64,000 bases of DNA from the human T2T-CHM13v2.0 reference genome, Homo sapiens, in assembly GCF_009914755.1 (NCBI RefSeq), contig NC_060926.1; one strand, given 5' to 3'. The notes under the pieces were generated by a model. That model did no database searches, was not told where the DNA came from, and saw only the letters and a list, made by a program, of their open reading frames with translations. The position numbers and the translations under genes were made by a program. Positions 14,791 to 33,428 of the stretch are shown one piece after another. Every line of letters starts with the position of its first letter. The stretch's first letter is position 1.

Positions 14791-15375
14791 AGAGTAAAAC
14801 AGCCCTAGGATGCCTGCTCATTTAACCAATATTTATTGAGCACTCACTATATATGACAGGTACAGCAGTGAAACAAAATAACCAAAAATCCCTTCCCAAC
14901 AACTTAACTTCTGGCAAGAGACGTAACACACAAAATAAGCAAATTATATACTACGACAAAAGATGATACATGCTACCTGGGAAAGAAAAGCAGGGTAAGA
15001 GAGATGGGGAGTGTGTGTGGGTGGAGCAGCCGCAACTTCAAAACAGTGCTGGCATGGTAGGCTTCACTGAGTAGATGACACTGGAGGCAAGACTTGAAAA
15101 AAGTGAAGGAATTACCATGTGGCTGGCTACTTTGGGGTAAGCATGCCAGGCTGCGGGGAGAAAAGCCCTACTGCAAAAATACACCTAGACTATTCAAACA
15201 ACAAAGAGGTCAGCATGTCAAAAGTGGATTTCTGGCCAAGGAAAATAGAAGAAGAGGTCCAAGAGATAATGGTCCTGGTTTGGTAGGATCTCTTTGGCAT
15301 TGTAAAGACTTATGCTTTTACTTTGACTGAAAGGGACCACTGCAAGGTTTTGAGCAGAGAAGGCATGTAAACTAA

Positions 15376-15692
<317 letters not shown>

Positions 15693-15912
15693 GATAAAAC
15701 ATTTCAATATGGTCAGTCTAACTGGCAACGGGAGTACCAGAACTGAGCAGGAAAATAAGAGGCTGTGGCAGCAATCCAGATGAGAAATGACACTGGCTCA
15801 GTCCAGGATTTCATGACTGGACATGAGTGAAGAAAAGGACTCACAGATGTCTCCAAGATTTCTAGCCTGGGTCAACTAGAAAGATGGAGTTGTCTTCAGT
15901 TAAAACAAAAAC

Positions 15913-16180
15913 AATCTCAGCACTTCAGGAGGCCAAGGCAGGAGGATCACTTGAGCACAGGAGTTTGAAACCAACCTTGGGCAACAGAGTCAGACCCTGT
16001 CTCTACAAAACATACAAAAATTAGCTGGGCATGGTGGCACACGACTGTGGTCCCAGCTACTTGGGAAGCTGAGGTGCGAGGATCACTTCAGCCTGGGACG
16101 TCTCGGCTGCAGGGAGCTACAGCACTGCACTCCAGCCTGAGTGACAGAGCGAGACCTCAACTCCCCATCCTGCCAAAAAA
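15913..16180 (+). mobile_element. AluJ, 5'-truncated
   Basis: Alu dimer consensus. Confidence 0.85.
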
Positions 16181-17394
16181 GAATAAAGGCTAAGCAGGTA
16201 TGAGGGGAGAGGAGAGAGAGAAAGTTCAGTTTGGGGCTTGTTAAGTTTGAGACATTGAGTAGGCACCGCAGTGCATAAGTGGAGGAGTTGGTGAGATATA
16301 CAAACCTGGAGTTCAACAGCAGTGTTAGTGCTGGAGATACAAATTTGTGAGTCACTGACATTATATATATATATATATATATATATGATACTTAATGCAT
16401 GGGACTATATGAAATCACCAGGGGAGTCAGTACAGACACAGAGAAGTGATAAAAGAACTGAGTCTTGAGAACTCCAAGTTTATGAGGCTGGGAAGAAATA
16501 GAACTGGAAAAGGAGGCTAACAAAGACTACTGAAGCACTAACTGTGATGGAGGAGGAAACTCAAGAAAAGTATAATGTTGGGGAAACCAAGAGAAGAAAA
16601 TGTGTCAAGGAAGGAGGAGTAACCAGCTGTGTTGATGTGCTACTAGGTCAAGTAAGATGGGGACTGAGAATTGGCCACTGGATTTACAATGTGGAAGTAA
16701 TCAGTGACGATGACAAGAATAGTGTCTCTAAAATTCTATGAAAAGAAATCCTAAAAGGTTACAGGGAACTGTGAAGAGGGACTATATTAAGTCTGGTTCA
16801 ATGACAACTACTGAGATAAATGAAAAGATAAGAAAAAAGCTTTCCTTATCTCTAAATACAGTTGCACAAAGTTTCTATCAAGTGTTTCCAACTTCCAATA
16901 ACACAATTAGGCTTCCAACTTCTAATAACATAATTTAGGCTAAGGCAAGACTTGGTACTTCAAGAAAATTTCAAAATCTGTTTAAAAGGTGTTCCACAGA
17001 TTTCTTGGACCAAAAGCATCTAATTGCTTCAGCAGCTCTGTTCTGGCCATTTCTGATCTTTCTGTACCTAAAGCACACCTAACCTCAACAGCCTCATCTT
17101 CTCTATGAACCCATCTGACCACAGACTTACTCCCTCTTCTGAATTCCTGGTAACTTCTGATCTCTCCCCTACTCCCCCAGCACTTAATTATAACCCATTT
17201 TAACAATTTCATGTATATATACCGTCATCAGTCTCTACTAAACATAAGCCCCCAAGGGAAGACCAAGTCCTTATTATAAATTGTATACTCCAGTTTTATA
17301 TTAATAGTGCCTGCAAATGTGCAAGACATATAAGTATCTGAATTGATGGTAAATAAAGTGAGGAAAAAATAGTTTTTGTTTTTGCTTTTGTTAG

Positions 17395-19110
<1,716 letters not shown>

Positions 19111-19160
19111 TTTTTAAAAAGAAGTCATACCTCCTATCCATCCAGACACATTTATTTCTA

Positions 19161-19553
<393 letters not shown>

Positions 19554-22500
19554 TTACCACTGAACTTCCACGCACCAACCTTGAAATCCACTGATATTTT
19601 CAAATCGTAGTAACTTACATATCTGGAGTTTGGTGCTATTTGTTACCTCCTTTTCTTCCTTTACCATCTACAAATTCCTCTAATTTTTGGTTTTCAATTT
19701 TATGAATGACAGATACAAGCAGTTTATGGCCAATTAATTAATACTGAGAGTTCTCAGAATGCTCCAAGGAAAAATAATTTCTGTAAGGTATTTGGAAACT
19801 CAAGAAAAGCAGAATGGAATAATCTGAAAGAGAACCCTGGGAAAGCCCTGTTAAGAGAGAAAGAGTTCACTAATGCATTTTCAAATGGATTCAGTGGAAA
19901 GCAGCCAAAGGTTTAAAACAGGTTTGAAAATTGCTATAATGACCAGACTGACAGTCAACCAAACTTCTATAAGTCCTACTGGGAGAGTTCTAATGTTCTT
20001 TTGATTTCTCTGTATGAAAACACAACCTGCTTCTAGGAGAACCTTTATGTGAAAGAAACTGGATTCAGTTCCTAGAAGAAAAGCTGGGGAATTACTGTGA
20101 CAGCCATCTCCACCATAACTACATCCAGGTTGGCCACTGCGGTGGTCACTTGTCACCCAGAAGAAAGTCCTGCACTAACTGTGTCTTCCAATGTAGTAAA
20201 CCCAGGGAACCCAGGCCCAATGCATGAGCCTGAAAGAAACAACTCTGACGCAATGCTCACTCATCACTGGAGGGTCACAAGTACTTTTTAAAGTCAGTTT
20301 TATGATTAAACAAGTGTAAGAATTAGCATGTTCAATATAAGCAAAGAACGAACATATGTAGACCATCTACGTGTGTTGCTTTATTAAGTTAAAATTTTCA
20401 ATAAAATAGAACAGCACCTTTTATCATATAAACAGATTTTAAGCACGATACTCAAAATTTTCAAGTTCTGCCCTTGAGCCTCACTGCTTTGCCATTTTAG
20501 GATGTATGCCCACTAGTTTCACAGAAACAATAAATAAGAAAAATGTTTGTTTCCATAGCATCCTATACTTCCCTATCAGAGTTTCACACTTTGTTGTAAA
20601 TAGTTATTTGTCCATTACTCCCACAAAATTAACTTTAGTAGGAAATATGACCAATCCCCAACGTTTAGTATAGTAACTGGCAAATACTACACGTTCAGTA
20701 ACTAGTTACCAAAAGAATAAATATGAAAATAATTAATTATGTATTACATAATCTCAATTTCAAACCCAGCATTGAAGACTGTCTGGTACTACCAACACCC
20801 TCTGAAATTGCCAGCAGTTTCACTCAGCAGTTCACTGACCCCTCACTCTCTCACAGAATGTTTAGTATCTGCTACACAGTAACACTGCAGCCTAAGTTCT
20901 GCAAATACCAAGTAAGTTAGGAAATAATACTGTTCCTGTCTGTCAATAACATTATTGCCTAAGTAGAAAATCCCAAAGAATCTACACACAAACACAATCC
21001 AAGAATAGATGAGAGTTCAACAAGGTCACAGTACCCAAGATCAACACAAACATACAAACACACATATGCACACATATTTTCAAATAAGACACATTCACAA
21101 AAGAGTCCCCTGGCATCAGTTATAAGTTCCTTCTCTCTTCCAAATAATGACCTCTCCCACCAACCCCAGGAATTAATGGGCTTGTGCTCTGACTCAAGTC
21201 ACTTTTGAGACAGTTTCTTTTTTACAAAACTATTTCCACATTTGTCAAAGATGCAATGAAACATCTCTAATATATAATGTGACCCTATAAAAGTATATTC
21301 TAAGTCAGAATATAGGAAGGTATAACAAACGTACACATTAAAAGGGTGACTGGTTTGCACAAAGCTAAAAACTATAAAATCCCTACTAATACCTTGGTTA
21401 CACCTTCAATACACTTTTAGCATTTTGTACATACATTTGTTTTACTTTCTTCCCTACTGATCACAAGCCTCAAAAAAAAGCACGTCTCGTGTCCAGCTCC
21501 GTGACAAGATTTACCCACTATTTTGGCTCACCTTAATACAATCTAGACAAATATATCATTAATATTGACAAGTACGTTTCTCATCCCTACTCAGTATCTG
21601 CACTTTTAATTTTCCGTCTGCCACTTATTTTTATGATATGGGGGGAGGGGGTTCAACTGCACAAACACACTGTTAAAGATAGCATTGCTAAAACTAAACA
21701 GCTGGTTGGTAGGCAGCACACCATGTTGCAGCCTGAAATGTCTGCCATCAGGAGATAATAAAAAGTTCTAATTTGGTCTATAAAAGGCAGTTTAAAGGTG
21801 TCAATTACACCATGAAATACATGCTGCCCACGAGTCAAACACATGAGAGATGAGACCCACCATACTTGAGAGCACTCTATAAAAAAATAGGGAGGCACAA
21901 TATAAAAAAGTATTGTTATGGTGATGATTTTCAAGAAGGTTGAAAGTATCACCACCTAAGACTGGAATATTTCCACAGAAATAAGATTCCGCAGAAATCA
22001 CTAAGACCTGGCTTGACATTTTAATGAATATCCTATAGGCAGTAAAAATTTAAAATATCCAAGTTTATAAATATTACATGTATCGCATTTGAGCTCTTCT
22101 GAGTTATGAAAAGTTAACTCCACTTTCATAAGATGGACAGAGATCTTAAATTTAGAATTAAGTGGAAAGCAAAATGGAACACAAGTTTTGATGCAGATAA
22201 ATACAAAGAAATCCATTTAGGAAACAAACCTAACTGTACCTAAATGAAAACTCAGACCTCATAGAGATATACTCCAGAATTCATTCTAGATTAGCTATTT
22301 AAATAAAAACACTAAAATCAGAAAGTTAAAAGAGTATTAGGCATCACTAAGAAGGCTGGTGGGGGGGGAAATCTATGATATACCACTCTTATAAAAGCCT
22401 TGATGCCTTAAAATACAAAATGAAACCAAGAAAAAACAGAAAAAAATGTAAAAGGGAGAACTATGACATTTAGAGTCAATTAACATTTATTGAGTGCTGA

Positions 22501-23410
22501 AGGCCTGTGTCAGCAATGTTCAAGATACTTTTCCCATGTTACCAATTTCTACACAGATTTAAGAAATTTAGAATGGGAATAAAGTAGATAAAGGATAAAA
22601 AGATCTAAGACTGACTCTAGAAAAGTCACTGACAAGGTGACCATGGATATCCTTGCGAAGTACTAGAATAGAAAAACTTGAAACTTGAAAAGGTAAGGTT
22701 GGAATTTTTTAAAAATAAGGGACTATTTCATTTTGTCTGTAGTAAAATAAACTGCGGCCCATTGAAATTTGGGATTCTTGTGAGCTACTTCAGCACCTAG
22801 GACACAGCGGCTGCTTAGAGGAAAGAGAAAAGGCACAAATAGAACACATTCATTTTTTTCTGGAGGAGGTAAACACTGAAAACAAAATTTTTCCAGTATA
22901 TTAGTAGCTGGTAAATCTGCAAAGTAAAAGAAAGTATGGTATTTGGTGTTCAACTCCTGACCTTTCAGAGAACAGTAGACTGACAGACACGTGTTCTGAT
23001 CCAGAGAGATTATTAAAGACTGTGCATCAAATTAGAGGCACAGTGTGCTGCAAACCAAACATGAGGGGAAAAAAACGAAATAAAGTTAATATTTAGAGTG
23101 AAATTACATGGTACAGACTAATAGTGCTCCTGGAGCAAAGAACAGTATCAATGACTATCATAGAGAAGACAGGAAAGGCTTCAAAGTATATGAGGCAAGA
23201 ATTGCAGAGAGAAGAAAAAAGATACAGGCACAAGATTTTAAACATATGTCTGTGACAGTCACATTTTAGAGAACCTATTCACTCCCTTCAAATTCCAAAT
23301 ATAAAGACTTAATCTCTAGGCATCTCATTTATCTCTGAAATGAATGGTGGAACCACATTAGGTTTCCTGTAGCATTGGAATCTGGATTTCATATTTAAAA
23401 ATCAAACTCA

Positions 23411-23727
23411 GGCCAGGTGCAGTGGCTCACGCCTATAATCCCAGCACTCTGGGAGGCCGAGGTGGGTGGATCATTTGAGTTCAGGAGTTCAAGACCAGCC
23501 TGGCCAACATGGTGAAACCCCATCTCTACTAAAACTACAAAAATTAGCCAGGCGGTAGTGGCGCATGCCTGTAATCCCAGCTATTCAGGAGGCTGAGGCA
23601 GAAGAAACACTTGAACCCAGGAGGCAGAGATTGTGGTAAGCCGAGACACTGCAATCCAGTCTGGGCAACAGAATGAGACCCCCCCTCCCCCACCCCCCAA
23701 AAAAACAAAAACAAAAACAAAAAAAAA
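23411..23727 (+). mobile_element. AluSx-like
   Basis: Full dimer with TSD AAAATCAAACTCA. Confidence 0.9.
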
Positions 23728-24908
23728 TCAAACTCAGATTTCCACCTTCCCCTCTCCTAAACTTCCTATTTTCTACCTGGTTCCATAATGATCTACCCAT
23801 CATTCATGTTTAAAACCTTGGATTAACCTTTGGTTTTTCCTGCCCTTTTCTCCTACTCTGCCAGACTCCATCTGTGCACCAACTCCTGGTCATTCCTTCC
23901 CTCAGAAATCCCTTTCATGTGTCCCTTTAAATTTCTACCACCAGTACCCAAAGACAGGTCCCTATTTCATCAAATCTAGGTTGACACTTAGCCTTAGCTA
24001 ACCTTCTTGCCTCTAGTCAAACCTCACTCCCAACTCCAAACCAACCTAAATACTGCTGACAACTGGTCTCTGATCGTGTCCCTGTCCCCTCCCTATTCAA
24101 AATGTCCCCACCCCACCCCAAAGTAATTCAATATCTTCCCAGTCTACTACTTTCCCTGGTATCCATGGCTTTACAAAACCTGATTCCAATTTAATTTTAA
24201 TGCTCTTATCGCCTTTCCCCTGCAATCTGGTCCTTCACCTCTCACTCCTCTACACCTTTGTTCTTGCCATCCTCCCCTCCAGGCACTCCATATAGCTCTT
24301 TCTGCTATCCATATTCAATCTCTGCTACTAAAACTTCCCATAGGTAAAAAGAGTCTCTCCTTGTCTCAAATCCTACCCCTTTTTGTCCACACCACTCATG
24401 TAGCATCTAGCCTAGATACATAACCGTGCATTACAGGGCACTGCTTTTGTTTGTGTGTTTGTTAAAAAATGCCAGTCTCATCTCCCTAACTGGACACAAA
24501 GTTCTTAGAGGATGAAAAAGCTTGTTCTTTGTAACTCCTAGAAGATTTTGCTTAGTTCTACCTATAAATGGTGATTAATAACTACTGATGAGGTGATCTA
24601 AAGTTCAGTTGAAATAATGCCCATCTACTCCCATGCAGTTCTTTCTAAGGGCTCTCTCTCTTCACTGGTGTCTGTACTCACCAGAAGCACTGTTATACAC
24701 TGTGTGCCGTGGTCTTGTTTTTTCCCCCTTTCAAATATGAGTCTGGTCTCTCCAACTAACTTCTAAGTTCCTTAAAGACTCTTTCTTATACCTTTTAAGC
24801 ATTCTTTACAATGTTAAGCAGACCACTGGACACAGAGTGGTATTTAACATAAACCAGTAATAAAGACACCTAAATATTACCCAAAATGTCTCAATTAAAC
24901 AGTGCTTG

Positions 24909-25215
<307 letters not shown>

Positions 25216-25359
25216 TTAAGGCACAGACTTTATAAATAACACGTCTACCCTGTTTTACAAATTTCAAAGCCAGTTCACGTCTATTATTTATTTCACTCTC
25301 ATAACTCTGTGATGTCAGTTTACTGAAGGAAAAACTGGCTAAGCAAGATTGTAGGATCA

Positions 25360-25646
25360 GGCCGGGCGTGGTGGCTCATGCCTGTAATCCCAGCACTTTG
25401 GGAGGCTGAGACGGGTGGATTACTTGAGCCCAGGAGTTCAAGATCCCCCTAGCCAACATAGTGAAACTCCGTCACTACTAAAAATACAAAAATTAGCCAT
25501 GCATTGTGCACACCTGTAATCCCAGTTACTTGGGAGCACAAGAATCGCTTGAACCCTGGAGGCAGAGGTTGCAGTGAGCTGAGATCACACACCACTGCAC
25601 TCCAGCCTAGGTGACAGAGTGAGACTCTGTCTCCAAAAAAAAAAAA
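25360..25646 (+). mobile_element. AluS with small internal deletions
   Basis: Dimer inserted in a MIR fragment. Confidence 0.88.
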
Positions 25647-28267
25647 GATTGTAGAACCAGTAAATTGGCAGTGCAAGGATTCAAACCCAGACCTCCTGGG
25701 CCCAGGGTCAAAATTTTAGGTACTATTCCACAAATACAGATTCATCTTCTCAATTAGCCTCCAAGTTCCTGGAGGACCAGGGCCATGAATAATTTCTTTT
25801 AAAAGATTCTCTCCTCATCTCCTCCCAAATGTCTTCATGTATCAATAAGATGAATTAAACCTATATGAATTCTGCAGATACAACAAACTCATCATAAATA
25901 ACACACAGCCTGACACTACATTGTGCCCCCATAACAGACGAAATCACCATCCAGGCCTCCATCTTAAGTGGAGAAAGACTTGGTAATATAAGCCTATGGC
26001 CTCTCCAAGCGACATTCGCAAACAACCATTTTGAGCTCAGCCACACAATCACCACACCCATATAAGGTGAAAGCATACTGTATTTCTCAAAATCCTCGAG
26101 TCCTGCCAGACAGTCTAGTCTTTGTTCTCTGAAGGGTTGAGTTAACATCTAATCTAAAGAGAATGGCCAGAAGTGTCTGCTACTCTCAGAGCTTTCAAGG
26201 AAACGTCCAGTTAGAGAGCATCATCTCCTGGAAGTACCACGGGTCTCCAAGTACACATAGCTCAGAGCCAGGGCCCTCCATAATTTTCTCCCTAAACTGC
26301 ATTTTTGGATCATTTTTAAAGACTTTGGAAGCCTTACAGATGAAGAAGCAGGGCCCTAAATAAAAATAAGTTAGTTTTAATATTCCAAGTGAACAGTTTG
26401 CTAAAACACCATTTTCATCATCCTAAAGACTAAGAGACTAAGACATGAAAACAACAGAAACTTCTCTATTAGCTCTAGTATGACAGTATCACAGAAGTGT
26501 TGGCAAGTTTCTCCTTACCAATGTTATTATCCAGAGTTAGAAACTACTTTAGAAATAAAATAACTTTAGGAAAATTACTTTACTATGTCAAGCATTAAAG
26601 TAATTTCAAAAAAGTTCTAGAGGAACATGAACCAAGTTGTATTCTCTAGTCTATAGATTAAGTCATACTAACAACTCACTACTTGAATTATATGAGCATT
26701 ATAGTTAGGAGGCCAGGCAAAAGCTGAGAAGGCGAGGCTAGTCAGGAAAACATCTCAGAGAATGTTACTGATATAACATGTAGCTGTTGCACTGTAATAG
26801 ACATATATTACTCTGTCTGGGTTTAAGTGTTCCTTTCTAGAACTGTCTCTTTACCTGATGAACAGTGTATTATAAGGCCATATACCTCCTGAGGGGGTGA
26901 GCACAGCTCAAGGTGGCCAGAAGACCTCACTCCCTGGTCCCAGTTACTGATTCAGGGAAAGGATCCATAACGGAATAATAAAGGTACTCCCTAGAGTATC
27001 TCCAACAAAATGGCCATGTTCCTGTCTTTTGAGCTCCATTGGTCATCTCTACCCCATGTGAAGAAAACTACCCTGAAAATGAAGCCAACAGTTGACAGAA
27101 GAGAACAAGATCAGTCCTGATGACATGCCTGGTGCCCCTGGAGCCAGCCTAGCCCTAACCTCAGCCTATTTATACATCAACAAATTCCATTTTAATGAAA
27201 ACTATTATGTCACCTGCCAGTCTAAATGAATATGGTGCCAAATAAAAAAGAATTAATTATCTCCAGAGTACGTCTGGAAAAAGAATGGCTAACAAAGTTA
27301 AATCTACTTCTAAACCCAACTGGAAACACCAATATACTGACTTTTTATTCTTACCACCTAAAATGGCCTAAATAACTTGAGAACCAGTCCGTTCTTCTCT
27401 TAGAATGTTTGAACAATGTCCACCCAAACTTTTATTTATGACCTACTGATATACTATTTTCCAGACTAGATGTTAAAAACAGATATCAAATTGTATTCAA
27501 AACAAAGTCACTATTCTCTCAAGAGTGTCTTGTTAGTATTTAGCAAAAGTCTGGGTAACAAATGGGCAACCTGGCTATGAGGCCTACTCCATGCACACCA
27601 AAGAATAAGGCTAAAAAGGTAAACAAGCTACAAGTCTACCAAGCCCCGATATAATACATTTACTTTCATTCAAAACAATATATTCAACACTGGTCGGCTC
27701 TGAAAAAGCACAGATCATTCATATATACAAATAAGCATACTTTTCAACACATGTGTTTAATATACACAACCCAAATTCTAGATTGGAAGATTATACCTAA
27801 CATGCGACCCTCAACCTCTGGTTTCTGTGTACTGATGCAATATCATACCACAGCAATGAGTTAAAAACGTGACCTCCACAAGTTTCTTTTTTTGTTTTTC
27901 ATGTTTTACTTGCCTACTTACCTTCTCATTTGTTACCTTCACATTTTTAAAAAGACAGCAGTTCTCCAACTGGTAACCAAAGTTTCAACAGTTTCTTTGA
28001 TTCACCGAAGAGATAAGGGTAGGAGTTATGGTTTACATGAGTTTTACTACTAGAAGTCACAACATACACACACACCAAAGGAGTTTTAGGTGCTAATACA
28101 GTATATGTTGATCACTCCCACAGATGAAGACATCTTTACCAACTTGCAAAGTGAGATAACACTAAGCCTTAATCATAGTAAATGGAAATACATATCCGAT
28201 GCGTTAAAGAAAAAAGGAAAAGTGACAAATCGTCATTTCACTGGATTCTTTTAAAATTTTTTCTGGA

Positions 28268-28696
<429 letters not shown>

Positions 28697-31600
28697 TCAC
28701 TGGGTTATCTTTTTCATTGTTTGAATGGATACCATTTGAATGTATGACTTACTAAAAATTAATAAATAAATTTTAAATTTAGAAAATTCCTTGAAAGTCA
28801 CTTTCAGAAACCACATTAGAACTCCGTTAGTCTAAAAATAATCAGAAAAGAATACTGCATGTCCTTTACTCTTACAAAAACTGCAATTTTCCCAAGTATA
28901 CTTTTAAATGTGTCCTGAAACCATTACCAACTGTTTCTGCCTAATTTTCTTTCACAAAGTATGAGTGCAGAATACCAGCAAAACATGATAAATAGTTCTT
29001 TTCTGTTTTTCCCTTCCACCACAGAGGTGCTAATGGGAAACAATATAAATTTGCCAATAGGAAAAAAATGCTAAAAGGCATATACTCACAAATCAAATCA
29101 CTAAAAGTTAACCATACAGTAGTTAACCCTGTTAAGCCAGGGTTATCCAAAGCACCGCTCCCATACCACTGATGCGAATGGTAATTTTAGCTAGTATGTA
29201 AACTAATATTTTAATTGTTATGAATTTATTTTAACATGTAGTTTATTATACCTAATACCTACATACCACATGTAGGACTACACAAATATCACTGCCTAAG
29301 ATAAATCTACTTAAGTAAAATCGTGAATCCATCTGAAAAATAAGAGTGCACATGTGTATGAGTGAAGTTTTAGAAGCACCAGTGCACTATACAAATTAGA
29401 TCGAGGCACACTGGGAATGACCACCAGCCTACATTAACCACAATGAACTTAGACCAAACTTCGTGCTCACAGGGAAACTCTCACTGAAAGGCTGGCACAA
29501 CTAAATGACAGAAGCTGTGATCTCTATTCCTCTTACCTTGGACACCTCACTGCAGGCTCTGGATCACTCCCCACCCTGCTATCTACCACCCTAAGGTTTC
29601 TAATTCCAAAGGCATGAAGAGAAGTCTAGAGTCAGTCTCCAGGGAGAGGAATGTCTTGGCCTCGGCAGAGCTCTTCAGTATTCTCCCTGGTTCTTATTGC
29701 CTCTTCATATTTCTATTACACCTATGTTGTCCCTGAACCACCAATATTCCCTAACTGTCTATGGCACCAAGTCGAAGCCTGCACTTCCCTCTCAGAGCCT
29801 TATATTCCATTATTGTTCTCTGCTGCAGGCCTGATACCAGTCCAACCCCATTTAAAAGAAAAAAAAAAAGATATTCCTGTTGTCAGGCTGATGGATTTGG
29901 CCAGAGGTGGATTAAATGGCAGAGCACAAACCAATTCACCAGGTATGAGAGACCAGCCCATACTATCCTCATTTCCCCAAGTGTATCTGCATTAAGAAAC
30001 TTGCATTTTAAAAAAGATTAACGAGAGAAATTTTATGTAAAAGAATTTCAAGCTACTTAAAGGTGATTTAGACCACCTGAGAAATTTTAGGGCTCACTGC
30101 AGGACTATCTCCCAGCCAGCAATCAGGCAGTATTTACAATCTGGAATAAGGGTGCTGAGACTAGAAAAGGGTTGTCAATGGGCTTACTAACTAAACTCTT
30201 ATTTATGTATGATCAGTTTCCATCACAAACTATCCTAACAGCTCATTTAGTATATAGCTGTCTGCTCACAACTTCAGAGATGAAAAAAAAATTTTAACAT
30301 AAAACATTCATCCTCAGAAACTGAACCAATCCCTTTAGGTTGGCTAAAGGATGCTTCTGCAACAGTCATTCACCAGTATGATGCAATGATGTGTTCTATA
30401 TAGTCCTCAAAAATTCTGTTTTATTCATACCAGATTCTTGCAAGTATTACCACAAGTAATCTCAGAGAATGAGGTCCAAAGTCCTGACAGAGGGGTCCCA
30501 ATTAGAGCCTCTCAGGTTATCAGAATCATTTGCCCAGACAGGTATATTCAGAAGCCCAAAAATCTTCCCTTTAAACTTGAAAATAGAGTTCCAAACTCAG
30601 TTTTCAGTAAAATACCTTTGAGAAGGGCATATTTAAGTTTCAATGTAATATCTACCACATCACCTGCCGAGAACTTTAATTTAGAAATCATCTGTTTTCA
30701 AAAATACCATAGCCCAGATGCCAAAGCATGATGTTTACCTTTACACAAAAAAACACCAAAAGAAGAAAGATTTTATTTGGGAAACTAGACCTGGCACTTG
30801 TGGTATTTATTTTCTTTCATGTTTTATAACTACCTTTAGTCACTTAATCCTATTATTGAAGAATTAAAGGAAATCAAAGAGATACCAATATAAGACTAGC
30901 AATTTGGTAGACAAGAGGGAAAAAATTAGGAGGCTGAAAAAGGAACACACAAACTCACCAACTCAGACTGTTTTTAACAGCATAGCATACTGTGTGGCCA
31001 ATACCCCTCAAACCATAAATTCTGAGAAAAGTTCCCTAGTACCCAGTGGAGAGTCAAAAACAAATTCCTGCCTCAGCAATTTCTCACCATCATTTTATCC
31101 ATCTGAGCCTGGCCCTAAATTTTCTAAAACAAAGCTCACAATCACATCCCCCTTCAACTTACATCCTCTCTCATGGAAGAAAGGTACTTTCTGTTCCATC
31201 ATTTTCCTCTCAAACTCTGCCTATGACCTGGTCCCTAAAAACGAAATGTTCCTTCCACCTCTCCAAGTCTAGGCCCTTCATTCTCTTCCTCCACTGGTTC
31301 CTTGGCAGGGCCGGGAGCACAGAGGGAATACCTCCCACCGCTGTACTGGATTTCCCACACCGCGGTTCACATCGAATTTTTCTTCTTAACCCCCAGTAAT
31401 CTGGCTTGTCTTAGCAATTCTATGAAACTGCAAGCACAGAGGGTTACTGACTCCCAATAGCCAAATAAAAGCTGACCAATCTCTCCTTTTCTAAGTCCTC
31501 GCCCTTTTCGATTTCTGCTGGCTCTATCTAGCCTTGGCTCTCCACTCGCCAAGGAAAATTCAAGACTGTGGTTAGACTCTAGTCTTTCTTCTGTGCAATC

Positions 31601-33147
31601 TAAGTGATCCCCTCCACTGTCCTCCTAGAAATGACATCAGAAAACAATCTTAGACCTATGCATCTCCAGCCACCAGTAAATAGGAAAGCCCTCGATTCTA
31701 TCTTCATTAAGCCCTTCAACCTTACTTCACATGTCCAAAACCAAATTCAAAGTCTTCCCAGGATTCCTGTCCCATTCCACCTTCACTTCCCTGTATCTAC
31801 CAACTATATCATCATCGCCACGTCAGTCAAATTTCCCTTCACAGGCAGCCACCAAGGTCTGCTCGTTTTTCCATACTAGTATTGCAACTCCTATGAGAAT
31901 TAATACGGTTTTTCCATATTAAAATCTCATCCACCATGACTGCAGGTTTGCTTCCTTCCTGGAGTTCAAAAATGACTGCAGTGTCCAGAATGAGAAGCTG
32001 CTGTAAGACTCCTTTCCCATGGACCAGCACCCATCCTCAACTGAAACGCAGTCTGGGAAAGTGTGAAAAAATGAAGGAGAAGGAGAGAGACACTCAGCTA
32101 ACGCCACTGCCCTCATCTCACCTGCCACAAATAATCTGCATCTTCCCCCAGCTACCAAACCGTCCTTCACATAAATTTCTGTTCAGCCCACAAGCTGAAA
32201 AGCCTCCTCAGCCTCTTATTAAAGACCCATTAAATAAGTCCTTTACTTCTTGATCAAAAGGAATCATCGCTGTGACTTCTAAACTGTAAGAAAACCAAAC
32301 CTTTAAAAGTACCTGTCCTCAGGGCTTGGGGCAGTAAAAAAAAAAAACAATCTAGGTGAAACGCCTTCTATAGGAAAATTTATTTTTTTTGAACGAACTT
32401 AACCAGGCAAAGCAAGTAACTAGCAACATGTGCACCATTTACTTGGGCAAATGTCGCCCGTTCCTCCTCGGTGTCATCAAAAGGTACACTGGGAGAACAG
32501 AAGGGTTGAATTGAGCTGGTTTCCAAGGAACCATGTCAGAGCCGCTGCGGAGTTAAGAGCTGCGTCCACACAGCAGCCAAATCATGAAGTTGCAGGAGCG
32601 GCTGTTGTTAACCCACAGCTAAGAATAACGCTCGACTTTCCAAAATAAAACGAAGAAACGAAGTCCCCTGGCCAATGATTCGGGGCGGCACAGAGGGGAA
32701 ACGGAGCTTCCTGCACTGCCCTCATCACTCAGAACCTGGGGTCCCAGGCGATTCAGTCACCGCCCGCAGAACAGCGCCGCGGGCACCACGTGAAACTCCC
32801 GGGGCCGGCTGGGGGCGGGGGACGAGGGGCGCCCACTCGGGGGTCGGCAGTTTGCAGGTGCGATGGGCGGCCCCCTCACCCACGTTTATCCGGACTGGAG
32901 CCCGCCGCTCCCGGCCGGGTTTCCGGGTGGTTCGCGCTCCTTCTGAATTGGCAGCGAGGTCGCGGCAGGTTCGAGGTAAATCGGGCGAAGAGGGGAAAAA
33001 GTCTCAGGGGTCTGGGGGCCTCCGCGCCTCAGGGGAGGCAAGGGCCGGGCCAGAGGCGCGAGGGTGGGTGAGGGATTCCCGCCGCGGGGCCGGGACCGGG
33101 GCTCGGGCAGTGGGCCCTGCCCCGCGCGCCCACGCGGGCCGCCCTAC

Positions 33148-33289
33148 CGTGGCTCTGCAGGATCTGGTGCTTGAGACCGCCGGTGTAGTCGATGAGCTCC
33201 TCCAGGCCGCGCTCGCACAGCTGCCCGTAGCCCGAGAACTTGTGCAGCACCTTCTCCAGCTCGCGCTCCACCGTCACGCACTGATCCAT
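33148..33289 (-). CDS. RMND5A: RMND5A-derived exon 1 coding part (142 nt, 47 aa + 1 nt, ends in phase 1)
   Basis: ATG in a strong context (GGCATGG). Translates [47 protein letters not shown], the RMND5A N-terminus. Donor CACG|GTAGGG at 33147. Confidence 0.95.
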
Positions 33290-33428
33290 GCCGGAGGCGG
33301 CGGCGCTCGGCTCCTCGGCGCCCAGGTGTCCGCAGCCGTTCGGCCCGGGCCCCGCCGAGGCCGCGTCCTGCTCCTCGTTCCCCAAGCGGGCGGCGCGGGA
33401 GGCTGAGGCGGCCGAGGCGGCGGGCGCA

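Noticed and set aside
16886-16940. Short direct repeats (also near 28677-28743, 53680-53708 and 55385-55450) as CRISPR-like or regulatory arrays
   Set aside because: Only two copies each in eukaryotic intronic or intergenic DNA, consistent with ordinary slippage duplications.
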